A stretch of DNA of 64,000 nt from Ophelia neglecta. Lineage: Eukaryota. Shown in pieces: positions 13,078 to 24,668 of this stretch. Numbering within the stretch: position 1 is the first letter of the stretch; each line of letters opens with the position of its first letter. The notes beneath the pieces are model-generated. The model was not told the origin of the DNA and ran no database searches. It saw only the letters and a program-made list of their open reading frames with translations. Position numbers and translations under genes: made by a program. The stretch lies in assembly GCA_965285935.1 (NCBI GenBank), contig OZ260664.1, forward strand, positions 83,762,001-83,826,000, written 5' to 3'.

Positions 13078-15942
13078 TGAAGATCTCCAAGAAGTGATTA
13101 TCTCCATAAAAGGACTCTAAACTTATCCACACAATTAGTCAACTTTTTGTCTGTAAATTGCCTTTCAAATGAGCAGTGGTGGTGTTAAATAAAGACAGGC
13201 TATCAGGTTATCCTCTTAGGCCAAGCACATGGAAATGCTCGATCATCTGAGAGTTTATACCTTAACAATCCAAAGTGTGATTCTCATTCATTAAATGCTA
13301 ATGTCACTGTGTGAAATACAAGATAATATAATTGAGCCTTCAATTCTAAGCTGTACTTTTCCCTGTTTTGGTGAGATTCAGCCTGGCTGGGTATGTCTGA
13401 ACCTTTAAAGGGCCTGGTCACACATTCACCTGCTACTGGGGAGAATTTGGTCACAGTTTAGCCTTTAGCCTCAGATATAAACAGCTTTATGCTAAATACA
13501 CTCCAGCCTCTTACCCTTCAATTGGCTGCTATAGGGTATTCATAGACCTTGGTACAGGAGGTGGCTGGCCTCACAAGGGGGAGGGGGGCAGCACAGTGAT
13601 CATTGGTGAGGACAAGCTCTCTTAAACTAAGTAACTGGAGACAGCTGATAAAACCAAGAGTCATCAGTTCAAACATTAAAACCCTGATTTAAAGAAAACA
13701 GGAATCATTTATAGGACTGAGGCATGCTAGCAGTGTATCCACAATGCCCAGTGTCAGCCCCCCCCCCCCCCCCCCCCCTCTTTCAGCCTATACAGGCTCT
13801 CTGTACAGGCTCTCTCAGGTGGAACCCAGGCCCAGACTGTCATGTTATTATGGTCATAAGGACACCTCCATACATATAATACAAGCATGATACCAGGCTT
13901 AAAGTGGCTTGTAAAAACCCCGTTGGCCAGGTCCAGTAGGTTGTATATGAAGGTAGACTGATGTGTTTTAGCTAGAGATGGACAGTGGCCAGGTTTGACC
14001 GAGCACTGCCAGCCAGGCGGTGGTGAGAAAGGCCAGTTTATATGACAGGTGTCATACCCAGGCTTCAAGGCACCCAGTAATATATTATAAACCAGCCCCA
14101 GGGGACTGAAGTCACAGACCTCCCAAAGGTGTGTGGGTTCTGTGTGACCAGCCAACTATCTACACCAGACAATACAAACAACTTAACCTGTCATCACCTA
14201 TGTTAAACTGACGTTAGACAGAACTTGACTTTTAGACGGACATCAACGTACTGACAACAGACCACACTAAGACAAGAATTAATGTGGACAAACAAGATGG
14301 CATCTGTATCCAAGGATCTTTATGGGTTTTAATGCAAAATATAGGATACAATCTTTTGCTTAAAAATGAATGGTGTAAAAATAATACATGTTTATTAGGA
14401 TAAAAAGACCCTAAGCCTGCACAGCTCGTTGATATTTTTAATGGATGCCATTATAAATCTGTTTTACCTAATGGTACTAACAATTGTAGGAATGTCATCA
14501 TTTAGCTGAGAAAATAGACTGCATGCCCCCAAATAAACAACTCTCATATCAGCTAACACAACTGTCGAAATTTCCCAGTAGAAAAATCTTCAAATATTCA
14601 GTTTCACCGAGGTGGCGATACGGCGACATAAACACCATAATAACTGTGCTACGATAACATCGTAACAATCCAATACCATAACATGGTAATAACAGTCCTC
14701 TTTGTCCTGCCTATTGACAGCATTTTGTACAATTTATTATTGCACAAGAGCAATGAGTTAATAAAAAAGCACGAGAACGTAACCGCTTTTATCTCTGTGA
14801 AACTTTCAAGTTGCCGAGAGATAGAATCAGAGAGGTAAACACAGTCTAATTGTTGATCATTATTATAACAGTCCATGGTATTTTTTTTCCTGTAACCGTG
14901 CATTTTCATGTTTTTGGGATGCTTAAACATAATTTTCTTGTCTAACCAGACAAACACAGCATGTAAGATGATAAATCAAGTTGAGGTGACAACTCCATTG
15001 TTAGGTTAAACACACAAAATGGTAAAACTATTAAACAACAGACGGGACAATTCTCCACCATGAAGCCAGCCTGTCTGTACACAGGTGGAAATTCATTGGT
15101 ACAAATCTAAGAAGGCCTCTGGCAATGTCCACTTGCCCTGTGGTACATTGGCAAATTGAGAAAAAGTTAATAGGTAACTAAACCTGTTTCATTATTATAA
15201 CCAGTTTGAATATTATAGCTCTGAAAAGACGCAGAAAGATGCCAAAACTCTCAGGTCATGAGCACTACTACATCCATAAAACTCCATACTGAATTGTGCT
15301 GCCCTCTGTTGAATGGGAGAAACACGAGTTGTTCACACAGAACACCCATTTACCTACACTACTGACTCTCACAACCCACACCACTATGAACAGTTACCAA
15401 TATCTGGAGCAGAATACCATGTCTTTAATGTATATACCTCTCACACACATGTCAAACATGTAGATATGAACTTGGAAGATATAGATAACATCATGTATTA
15501 TAGTGCCGTGACATAACATGCCTTCCACTTACATTGTATGTGTTATTTAACCAATGCTCCCAATCATTCAGTCAGAGACAATAATCATACCCTACTGTGC
15601 CCCAGCACAATCTGCACCCAGGAAACGGGGAAATAGATGGTGGCAGGAAAAAAACAAAATTATCCTGCACCTAGATTTAACAATGGAAACAATTATGTGC
15701 CATGGAGGAGAAAATTGCCTATTGGCTGACATGTCTACCTGTCTAGGTGTCTCCGGGATACCTGCACTATGTGACATCGTAACGAACATAAGGTATGTCA
15801 CAGGAACTTTTGTGTTCGTTTTTTTTTTAATTAACAGAAGCTTTCAAAGCATGCATTTGCAAATAATTTTTTTACTCTTGCGAAACTGACCTACATAAAG
15901 GCAGGGTGAGCTTGTGTGTGCTTGGAGATGTTAGTGTATTCA

Positions 15943-16058
15943 CTCTCACTGGCCAGTGTATTGGCCAGTGAGAGAGGTCTCACGCTTGTAGTGAGTGGGT
16001 TACTGGCCAGTGTACTGGCCAGTGAGAGCGGTCCCACACTTGTAGTGAGTGGGTTACT
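15943..16058. repeat. About 54-bp tandem duplication with a 13-bp perfect hairpin
   Basis: CTCTCACTGGCCA-GTGTAT-TGGCCAGTGAGAG at 15943-15974. The segment ACTGGCCAGTG...GTAGTGAGTGGGTT occurs twice. Confidence 0.8.
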
Positions 16059-16102
16059 TGCTAGTCTATTAGCCTGCTAGTTGTAGTGCCAGGGTAACTT
16101 AC

Positions 16103-16280
16103 CTATCAGTGTCCAGCAGGCCTGAGGACTTCTCCATACACTCCTTGACAGCCATCATCCCCTCTCGGAACCTCTGCTGCATCTTCTTGGCGTAGATGGA
16201 GGCTCCGCCCTCCGAGAGGTACCCAGAGTTCACGTCCTCTACGTGGGTGGTCCGTAGGATGTCTCCGTCAGACATGTAAC
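16103..16280 (-). CDS. NAV2: Neuron navigator coding exon F (178 nt, phase 1 to 2), conserved GYMSDGD block
   Basis: Acceptor tatttcatag| and donor GATAG|gtaagt. GYMSDGDILRTTHVEDVNSGYLSEGGASIYAKKMQQRFREGMMAVKECMEKSSGLLDTD(S) closely parallels the vertebrate NAV2/NAV3 GYMSDGDVL...DDITSGYMTDGG...DGMAVVRETLQ block (recalled, not searched). Confidence 0.95.
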
Positions 16281-17677
16281 CTATGAAATATTAAATAATA
16301 CTTGAGCACAACAAGTCTCCATCAACACATCTGTGTGGAATCATTAAATAAACATCACTAAATGTATAGTGATTTCTATGGTCTGCTGAAATTTACTGGT
16401 AAAGTCCATGGTGGTCCTGATATTATCAATCACTAAACTTTTGTCCACAAACAGAAAACAGGACTGGTTCTCATGCCAAGCTCTATCAGACAGAAAGAGT
16501 ACATTTCGGTTATTAGCTAGACAAAAAAGCCTGTGTTTTGGTTCATTCCTTTTTTATTTTTGCCCCTGAACATCTTTCACCTACAGGCATACTCCGGTTT
16601 CTAATGTGCGAAACGCCTCAACACATTCCTGTCTATAGCTTTTTCTATAAGAACATACCATATCATGGTTTATACTCAGATGTGGATCATACAGATTCCA
16701 TAACGGGCTGGGCGGGATGTGTTTAAAAGGAAACATTATCTTAGCTTTACGATCAGTTAGGAGGCACTAACCAGCCTAGCGTCAAATCGCTAGGTGTAAC
16801 CAGGTAATGATAATGTTCAACTTTCAAACACACATCACAACATATACTTAATGTAAGGCCTACACTTGTAAGTGAACTTTATGAAATGGAAACAGGCACA
16901 AATAGGCACTCTGAGAGCTTTCACTTCCAGAATATACTCCCATGTCATTCATATCGTGCTAGTTCAAGTGCTATAGAAAAAAGTGCAATAGCATGGATTG
17001 ATGTTGGGGAAAACCAAAACATGGCTTTGGTTGCAAATTAGATTCAATTTGATTGTCATAAAACTCTCCTAGATGACTGAGCCTTATAACTCTGAGTACA
17101 AGATAACCCACCATCTTATAGCTGTTATTACAGGCATAAATAAGGCATTTCAAATGTAAGGGTCATGTTGTATGCATTGAAAAATGATAAAATGAGAGAG
17201 GATACATTACTGAACAACATTTGCGCCATTGAAAAAAGGGCCCAAGATTTAATAAATGTGAAGTACAATAATGCAGCTTTTGGTAACTTGTGTACAGGCA
17301 TAATATTTGTGTTACATGTATATCATTTCATGCTGGTTACATAAATATACCCAATAACAAGCAACAGAGGGGGAGGAGAGGAACTGCCTTTACAGCAGGG
17401 GCCTAAAGTAAGTGGTCACCTGGCAATACTACTTACTAGTGAACACACTGCTTGACCTGTAAACCCTCTCAGCTAGTTAAAATGCACACAGGTAACAAAC
17501 TTCTAATTCAGTGTCTTAAGTGATAGGTTTATATACCTGTGCAAGTTTACCACAGGTTTGGAATAAAGTTCTGATGAAGGCAGGTCTACCATCTGAAGGT
17601 TTGCTTGTTACCTGGTGTTCTGTCTTTTTTCAAAGCTGTGTGAGTTTAATATAAAAAAAATAGAGGGAATGACTTAC

Positions 17678-18134
17678 CAGCAGCCACATCAAACTCGGCA
17701 TCCGATCCGTAGTCTGACTCCACCACATCGGCGGAGTGTGTCAGCCTTCTCATACTACTGATGTACATTCTACTGGGGTCTATCAGGGGGCGGTTGACGC
17801 CCAGCCGGCTACAGGCGCTCCCGGCCAGGCTGCTCTGGCTAGAGAGGCTGGGGATGTGCAGGCTGGGCCTGGTAGAACCCCCTCCCAGCCCCTTCAGGTA
17901 GGCGTAGGGAGCAGCTCGCGAGATGGGCTGCATGGGCTTGATGTTTACGTCAAACTTGTCGTCGTCTTCGCCGGGGTCTCCGCTGCGTGGACTCCTTGGA
18001 CTCCGCGGGGAGCGGGGGGAGCTCTGGGCCAGCCGTGGAGACTGGGAGTCCGTGGAGAGACGAGGCGACTCCTTGGACACCCGAGGGGAGCTCTGACCAC
18101 TCCTCTGGGCACCATCCCTCTCCTCAGTCCTCAC
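17678..18134 (-). CDS. NAV2: Neuron navigator coding exon E (457 nt, phase 0 to 1)
   Basis: Acceptor ctttactttcag|GTG and donor GCTG|gtaagt. Encodes VRTEE...SPRSPRSPR...NIKPMQPI...SDYGSDAEFDVAA(G), within ORF 17646..18176. Confidence 0.9.
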
Positions 18135-18177
18135 CTGAAAGTAAAGGCAATAATAACAGAGGTGGGTATTTTCCAAC

Positions 18178-18671
18178 GGTGGTGAAATGTTCTGTTCTAA
18201 CTGTGGTGTAATGTTCTGTTCTATCTGTGGTAAAATATGTTCTCTTCTATCTGTGGGGTAATGTTCTGTTTTATCTGTGGTGAAATGTTCTATTTGTGGT
18301 GTAATGTTCTGTTCTATCTGTGGTAAAATATGTTCTCTTCTATCTGTGGGGTAATGTTCTGTTCTATCTGTGGGGTAATGTTCTGTTCTATCTGTGGTGT
18401 AATGTTCTGTTCTATCTGTGGTGAAATGTTCTACTTGTGGTGTAATGTTCTGTTCTATCTGTGGTGTATTGTTTTATCTGTGGTGAAATGTTCTGTTCTA
18501 TCTGGGGTGAAATATTATGTTCTATCTGGAGGGAAATGTACTGCTCTATCTGTGATGTAATGCTTTGTTCTATCTGTGATGTAATGCTTTGTTCTATCTG
18601 TGATGTAATGCTTTGTTCTATCTGTGATGTAATGCTTTGTTCTATCTGTGGTGTAATGCTTTGTTCTATCT
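18178..18671. repeat. About 24-bp minisatellite, about 20 copies
   Basis: Unit TGTTCTGTTCTATCTGTGGTGTAA. Confidence 0.93.
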
Positions 18672-18974
18672 AAGTAACCAACTTGTAGATTTGGTTTATG
18701 ACTAGTCAGCCCTTAAATAATTTCAATATAATACACTAACATTTGTAAGTTAACTGAACAAATTATTCAGGAATAAACCTTAATAAAGTGATATCTGATA
18801 TAATTAAAACTTGATAAAGAGATATCCAGGAATAGCTATTAGATTCAATATTGCAATAACTATAACTCAATGTTGATAGGAAAAGCTGGCAGTTCAGTAG
18901 GATACTTCACATATTTAATTACAATGTTTCCCTCTTTCCTTATTACAACATGACGACCATTTTCCGTTTATTAC

Positions 18975-19103
18975 CTCCGAGTCAAATGTGGTTTCTTTCC
19001 TTCTGCTACCCAGAGCTGGGGACTGTGCTGCCTGCTGTGCTGCCCTCTGTTGTCTGAGTAGAGAGATGTGGTCAGCCGGAGGTTTAGGAGGTGTCATCTG
19101 TAT
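18975..19103 (-). CDS. NAV2: Neuron navigator coding exon D (129 nt, phase 0 to 0)
   Basis: Acceptor gcctccctctgcag|ATA and donor GAG|gtaata. Encodes IQMTPPKPPADHISLLRQQRAAQQAAQSPALGSRRKETTFDSE. Confidence 0.85.
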
Positions 19104-19362
19104 CTGCAGAGGGAGGCAACATTAACAACAAAGACAATGTAACCTTTAAACATTTAGTTATCAAAGGTGATATTCATGGGAAATATTACATCTAAGTTTC
19201 ACTATCACCCCAAATTTCTGTTTGGAAAAATTTATCATTTTGAAGGCCATGCTCATGAATTGGTCTTTAAGAAATTATCAAAGTTCCTGGAAAATAGAAT
19301 TTTTCTACAGTTCTTAATTGCTAATGATTTGAGGTTTGTGTTTGAGACACCAAGTGACTAAC

Positions 19363-20817
19363 CTGCTGCTGAGTGTCTGAGGCAGAGTAGCCGGTGTCGC
19401 TCTCCGACTCCAGCTCATCACAGCTGGACGGCCTGAAGATGACGCTGTCGTTGGAGCTGGCACTGTTGTTGCTGTTAGACTTGCTGTTGTCGCTGGACAC
19501 GTTGGACTCGTCCCCGCCGGAGCTCACGTTGGAGGTCGTACTGTTAATACTACTGTTGCTGCACTCTTTGCCATCGGCAGTGAGGTGTCGAGGGTGGGGG
19601 CCACGCTCTGACCTGCTCAGTGACCCGGAGTGAGCCATGGGTGACTGGACACGGGACGCGGTTGACTGAACACGAGGCGTGGGAGACTGTAATGAGCGCT
19701 GCGGTGGTTTAGGGGGTTGGGCCTGGGTACCCATACGCACCCCCACCTGGGACATAGGGGGCTGAGACCTCTGCTGCTGGAGGGCCGAGTTGTGTGTCTG
19801 GGTATCACTGTCCACCTTCTGCCCCTTCTTAGGGGCCTCGGACTGCCTCGAGTCTCGACCTTCATGAGGGTCCTGCACCTTGGCCTCTCTAGGGTCCTGC
19901 GACCTGGCCTCTCGAGGGTCCTGCGACCTGCCTTCACGAGGGTCCTGTGACCTTTTGTCCCTTGTGTCATGCCCCCTGCCTTCTCTTGGCTCCTTGACCC
20001 TACCCTCCCTGGATTCCTTGACCCTACCCTCTCTTGGTTCCTTGACCCTGCCCTCACGAGGGTCCTCAGACCTGTTCTCCCTGGACTCCTGCCCCCTGGT
20101 CTCCCTGGACTCCTGCCCCCTGGTCTCCCTGGACTCCTGCCCCCTGGTCTCCCTGGACTCCTTGGCCCTGGTTTCCCGAGGGTCCTGGGCCCTCACCTCA
20201 TTGTGTTTATGGTCTCTAAGACTGGAGTCCATGGCTCTAGGCTCCTGCAGCCTTTCCAGCACCCTGTTCTCCTGTATCCTGGTGTCGTGGGGCCTCCCCT
20301 GACCAGGAAGTCTGCTGCCAGGCTTGCTGGGGCTGGGCAGACTGGAGTATTCCCTGTGAGTGTTCTGTTTACTTTGAGATCTCTGCTCCGACTTCAGATT
20401 GGCGTTTTTATCCTGTAGAGACTGTGTTATTTTCTCCGGAGAGGGATCCTGTGGCGCCAGGTTGGTGTTGTTGACTTTGACTGACTTGGCCATGTGAGAA
20501 GTGTCTACCGGCAGTGACTGGGGTGTTTTAGAGGGGCGAGGGGCTGACTCGGTGTGGGGGTCTCCTGGACTCGTCCGGGTCCCCTGAGACCCTGGCAGAG
20601 CGCTGAGAGAGGTCCGGCCACTCAGACTCAGCTTACTGCGGTTATCATCCTTGGGGGTCTTACGGGAAGAAGAGGGCTTGGGTATGGTGCTGCTGCCACC
20701 TGGTGCTGGGATACCACTGCCAGGGACCTTAGACTTACTACTTGACTTGCTGAGGCTGGCAATCTTACTACTCTGTCCTACGGGCTTACCGGCAGTCTCA
20801 GAGCTGGGACTTTTGTC
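19363..20817 (-). CDS. NAV2: Neuron navigator coding exon C (1455 nt, phase 0 to 0), low complexity, with internal 8-aa repeat
   Basis: Acceptor ctgtgttttcag|GAC and donor CAGCAG|gttagt. 485 open codons, including the frame of ORF 19321..20493. The 5' boundary could be shifted by the duplicated acceptors (see findings). Confidence 0.88.
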
Positions 20818-21025
20818 CTGAAAACACAGAGAAATGGCTGTATTATAAACCTGTAGGTGCTGATCTAACCCAGGGAAGGCCTGAAACCACAGAGAAATGG
20901 CTGTATTATAAACCTGTAGGTGGTGATCTAACCCAGGGAAGGCCTGAAACCACAGAGAAATGGCTGTATTATAAACCTGTAAATGGTGATCTAACCCAGG
21001 GAAGGCCTGGAACCACAGAGAAATG
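20817..21025. repeat. 63-bp tandem repeat (3.3 copies) that includes the exon C acceptor
   Basis: CCTG recurs at 20817, 20880, 20943 and 21006, each followed by A(A/C)CACAGAGAAATG. Confidence 0.92.
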
Positions 21026-21831
21026 CTCCTACTATTAACCTGTACAATCTAACCCCCAAGTGGAAGGCAAGCTCCTGTCCAGTGAGCTGTCACAAGGAAA
21101 GACCAAGAAACATGAAATTCATGGACATCATTCCTGCATTATCTAATTACTGGTCCAACTCCCCAAAGCATTACTACCAAAACTGACTAAATATGTAAAT
21201 ATATCCCACAATGCACAGCAGCACGTTTGATGCCTTGTTGACAGATACACACAGTTCATGGACTAAGATACAATGTGACATTAACAAGACAATAATAGGA
21301 ATCACAATGGTATTAGAGACATGTTGTTTGCAGGTAGCCTGACCTATCAGACAATTATCTCCTTGTGGATAAGATAAGGCTACTCAGTGTTGTATTGTAC
21401 AATGGTGGTCTCTCCAGCCACTTATATAACCTGACTGGGCACCTCAGCTCACATATAACAGCCTATATCTATCTATAAGCAAAGGCCACTCCATCCAACC
21501 ATACCAGTACAGGCATATTTAGTTGATATTTGCAAGCCAATTACAAGGTCCTAAGGTGCAATACTTATGTATGTTTTATGAGATAATTTGAATTATTGGA
21601 GTATTTAGATTTACAAGATTTGGGTTTGGATTTTTGGGGTTTAACGACACATCGCACCATGAGGGCCATTTAGTGTCTTCAAGTTGGGTACATTTCATGT
21701 TAGTTAGATTTACCAGACATCAGAATAAATAACAATTATTTGATCACAAATGACACTGCTTATGAGTGATAGTATTTTCATTAGGAAACGAGAGTTATTC
21801 TGACAGAATTCATAGTGAGTAGTACACCGAC

Positions 21832-22664
21832 CTGCTTAGTTCCGGCTGAGAGGGACCGTCGATTCCCGTTGGTACTGCTCACACTACTGACACTGGTGGA
21901 GCTAGCTGTGCGGCTGACACTGTTAGAGCTGGGAGTCCGACTGACAGTCGAGCCTGAGCTGCCCCGGTTTCCATGACTCCCAGAGACTCCTCCCCCTGAG
22001 CGCGGGTGGGCAGCGTCTTCCCGTGATAGGCTCCCCTGAGAGCTGGGTACGGTAGGAGGCGCCACTGGAGTGGGTTCCTTCTTTATCTTACCAAACCGTT
22101 TGAGCCCCTTGATGGCTAGCTTAGGGCTGCTGTTGCCTGCTGCGGCTGCGGTTGTGGCTGCTGTTGCGGCTGCCGCACCTGACTCCTCAGGCGAGGGCTG
22201 GGTTCCTCGGGCCCCGGTGGCCGAGCTTGGCCTCCCCCCTTCATTCTTGGTGGCTTTGCTGCTCCCAGCACTGGTGGCTTTGGCCTTTGACTTAGATTTG
22301 TCCTTATCCTTGCCAAATAACTTGAATTTGTCCAACATAGAGTTTTTGTTTTGGATGCCTTGGGCAGAAGTGGGTCGTCCTGCCGACTTGGAGCTGCCGG
22401 CAGTGTTGGTGTTACTACTATTAGTGTTTGTGGTACACTGACTGCCAGCAGATGGCAGCAGGGACTTCCCTCCTGCCGACTGGCTCCTTGGCTGGGCGAG
22501 CCTACTGGTAGTAGTACGGCTGCTGGGGCCTGCACTACTTGTCCTGGCACCTCCTGGGGTGGGTATACCAGAGGTACTACTACTAGGAGAAGTGCTGCGA
22601 CTGGAGGCGGCGTCTTGCTGAGCACTTCCTGTGCTGGTACTACTTACTGGCTTACTAGGAATAC
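21832..22664 (-). CDS. NAV2: Neuron navigator coding exon B (833 nt, phase 1 to 0), Ser/Thr/Gly-rich, with conserved KNSMLDKFKLF motif
   Basis: Acceptor cttacgtttcag|GTATT and donor AAGCAG|gtcggt. The stop-free frame includes ORF 21781..22338. QNKNSMLDKFKLFGK matches the navigator SMLEKLKLF/SMLEKFKL motif. Confidence 0.9.
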
Positions 22665-22676
22665 CTGAAACGTAAG

Positions 22677-22929
22677 AATGTAGGCTTTAACATGGGAATG
22701 TAGGCTTTAACATGGGAATGTAGGCTTTAACATGGGAATGCTTTTAACATGGGAATGTAGGCTTTAACATGGGAATGCTTTTAACATGGGAATGTAGGCT
22801 TTAACATGGTACTGCAGGCTTTAACATGGGAATGCAGGCTTTAACATGGGAATGCAGGCTTTAACATGGGAATGCTTTTAACATGGGAATGTAGGCTTTA
22901 ACATGAGAATGTAGGCTTTAACTTGGGAA
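22677..22929. repeat. 20/16-bp minisatellite abutting the exon B acceptor
   Basis: Unit AATGTAGGCTTTAACATGGG, about 13 copies. Confidence 0.93.
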
Positions 22930-24419
22930 CAAAGTATCCACAACTGAGCACATACATTTGCACATCCTTGTGTGAAATTTACACGTTTAACATGAGTTTA
23001 GCAATATATTGTTTACTTTTATAATATAATAGTCATTTTCTGTGAAAACAGTTTGAAAAACATTAAAGTGTGATTTCCAGCCATAAACTCCCCTGTTATT
23101 AGGGTGATAATAAAGATTTGCTTGATGTAGCCCTCAATCTCTTGATTTCCACCCAGGGGGTTGGCTGATGTGGCTTGGCTGATGGGGCTCTGTGTTCTGA
23201 CGAGACATCCACACACACATTACATAGACAGTAATCATAAAATTCTTTATTCCTTCAAACAAGGCTCACACAAGACCCAAGTCATTATAAAGTGTCACTG
23301 TCACAGGACTGCCCCAACTGACATTTTTCTCTGAATACACATGTCATACCCTCAGTCTTCACAATAACAACCAGGTAATTCACAGGCTGACAGTAGCGCC
23401 CTCCCATCATTCTACCAACCCCTGTGGTTTAACACCACATACTCACAGCACTAGCTTTTGAAAATTTGAACAAAGGTGTCAAAATATCTGTTCAGTGCAA
23501 TAGAAGCAAAAACGCATAAAATCCAGCTTTTATCAAACAGAAGTCATTCATAGACATAAAGACTGTGTAGTCCCCTTCAACACAGACTCATTTAAGCCAG
23601 TTCTATCACCAACGTAAATTAAATATGAACTTTTGGGTTCCAGCCCGGGATCCAGACTGAACTAGCATGCTTATTTAACAAAGGACAAGTGAAAGAGTGC
23701 TACACTTTTTTAATCAAGATTTTCCGGTACAGAAATATGTCAGGAAAAATAAATCAGAGGCCTGCTCGAGGATTTTACTAGAGAACCAGTTAATAATACA
23801 TTCCAGTACAATTAGGATGGCTCCTTCACTTTTTCAACCTTTTTTTTATTTCAGTTAGTCTGTTGATTGTAAACAGCAGCAGTTTTATCATAGATGCTAG
23901 TCCACCGACGACTTTGGTTTAACTATTTATTAATATACTAATTAATTTGAACACAGAATTGACGACCAGGAGCCAGCATTACCCAGAGATATTGTCCATA
24001 TCTGTCTTATTACACAGGTGATACCACCAGGGTAGGTATGATACATGTTAGGTCATCAGCAGGTAATAATAAACAGACTCAGGTACACGAGGAGGTCCAG
24101 GTAGTCACACGGACTAGTATCACACCTGGCAGGTGTGACAAACTGACAACACTGCTATCTGTCTGTCCTGGAGGTAACTCACAGGTAACAGGACAGGTAG
24201 GAGACCCCACTGGACTACCTAGTAAGATGTTATCTGTACCCACAAAGGGTCAGATAGTATGACTATATCATCTGTTAATGATGTCCTTACCCATAACTTG
24301 ATTGAGAGTCAGGGACCTTTACATGTAGATAACGGGAGGCTCAAGCAGTCCAAAACATAGATACACATAATGGGTTGTCTTGATATTTCAGTAGTATACC
24401 TACATGAAGTAGTATTATA

Positions 24420-24668
24420 CATATTTCATCCCTATCTACAGCAGTGCTGACATTGATCATTCATCCCCTGTCCTTCTCTCCTGTCATTTTGATAGCTCCT
24501 CCAACCAATTACCTTCTAATCCTCTTACAAACTCAACACAGTTTGATATCTTCATGTAGTAGATTACATATTTTATCTCTACCTACAGCAGTGTTAACCT
24601 TGCTCATTCATCCCCTGTCATCTCTCCTGTCATTTTGATAGCTCCTTCAACCAATTACCTTCTAATTC
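24420..24668. repeat. About 148-bp-period tandem duplication
   Basis: CTACAGCAGTG...CATTCATCCCCTGTC...CCAATTACCTTCTAAT occurs twice. Confidence 0.8.

Noticed and set aside
13068-13107. MEIITSWRSSNPP as a coding first exon
   Set aside because: It ends in phase 1, whereas the downstream exon must start in phase 2.
1-16102. Next constitutive exon (expected DDSSS(I/V)SSG block)
   Set aside because: Not found on the minus strand. It is presumed to lie left of position 1.
21620-21690. Possible 5'-truncated retroposon tail (TTTTTGGGGTTTAACGAC...)
   Set aside because: Too short, and the flanking duplication too imperfect, to call.
17736-22668. Plus-strand and alternative-frame ORFs over the exons
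   Set aside because: They are antisense or shadow frames of GC-rich, low-complexity navigator exons with no independent support.
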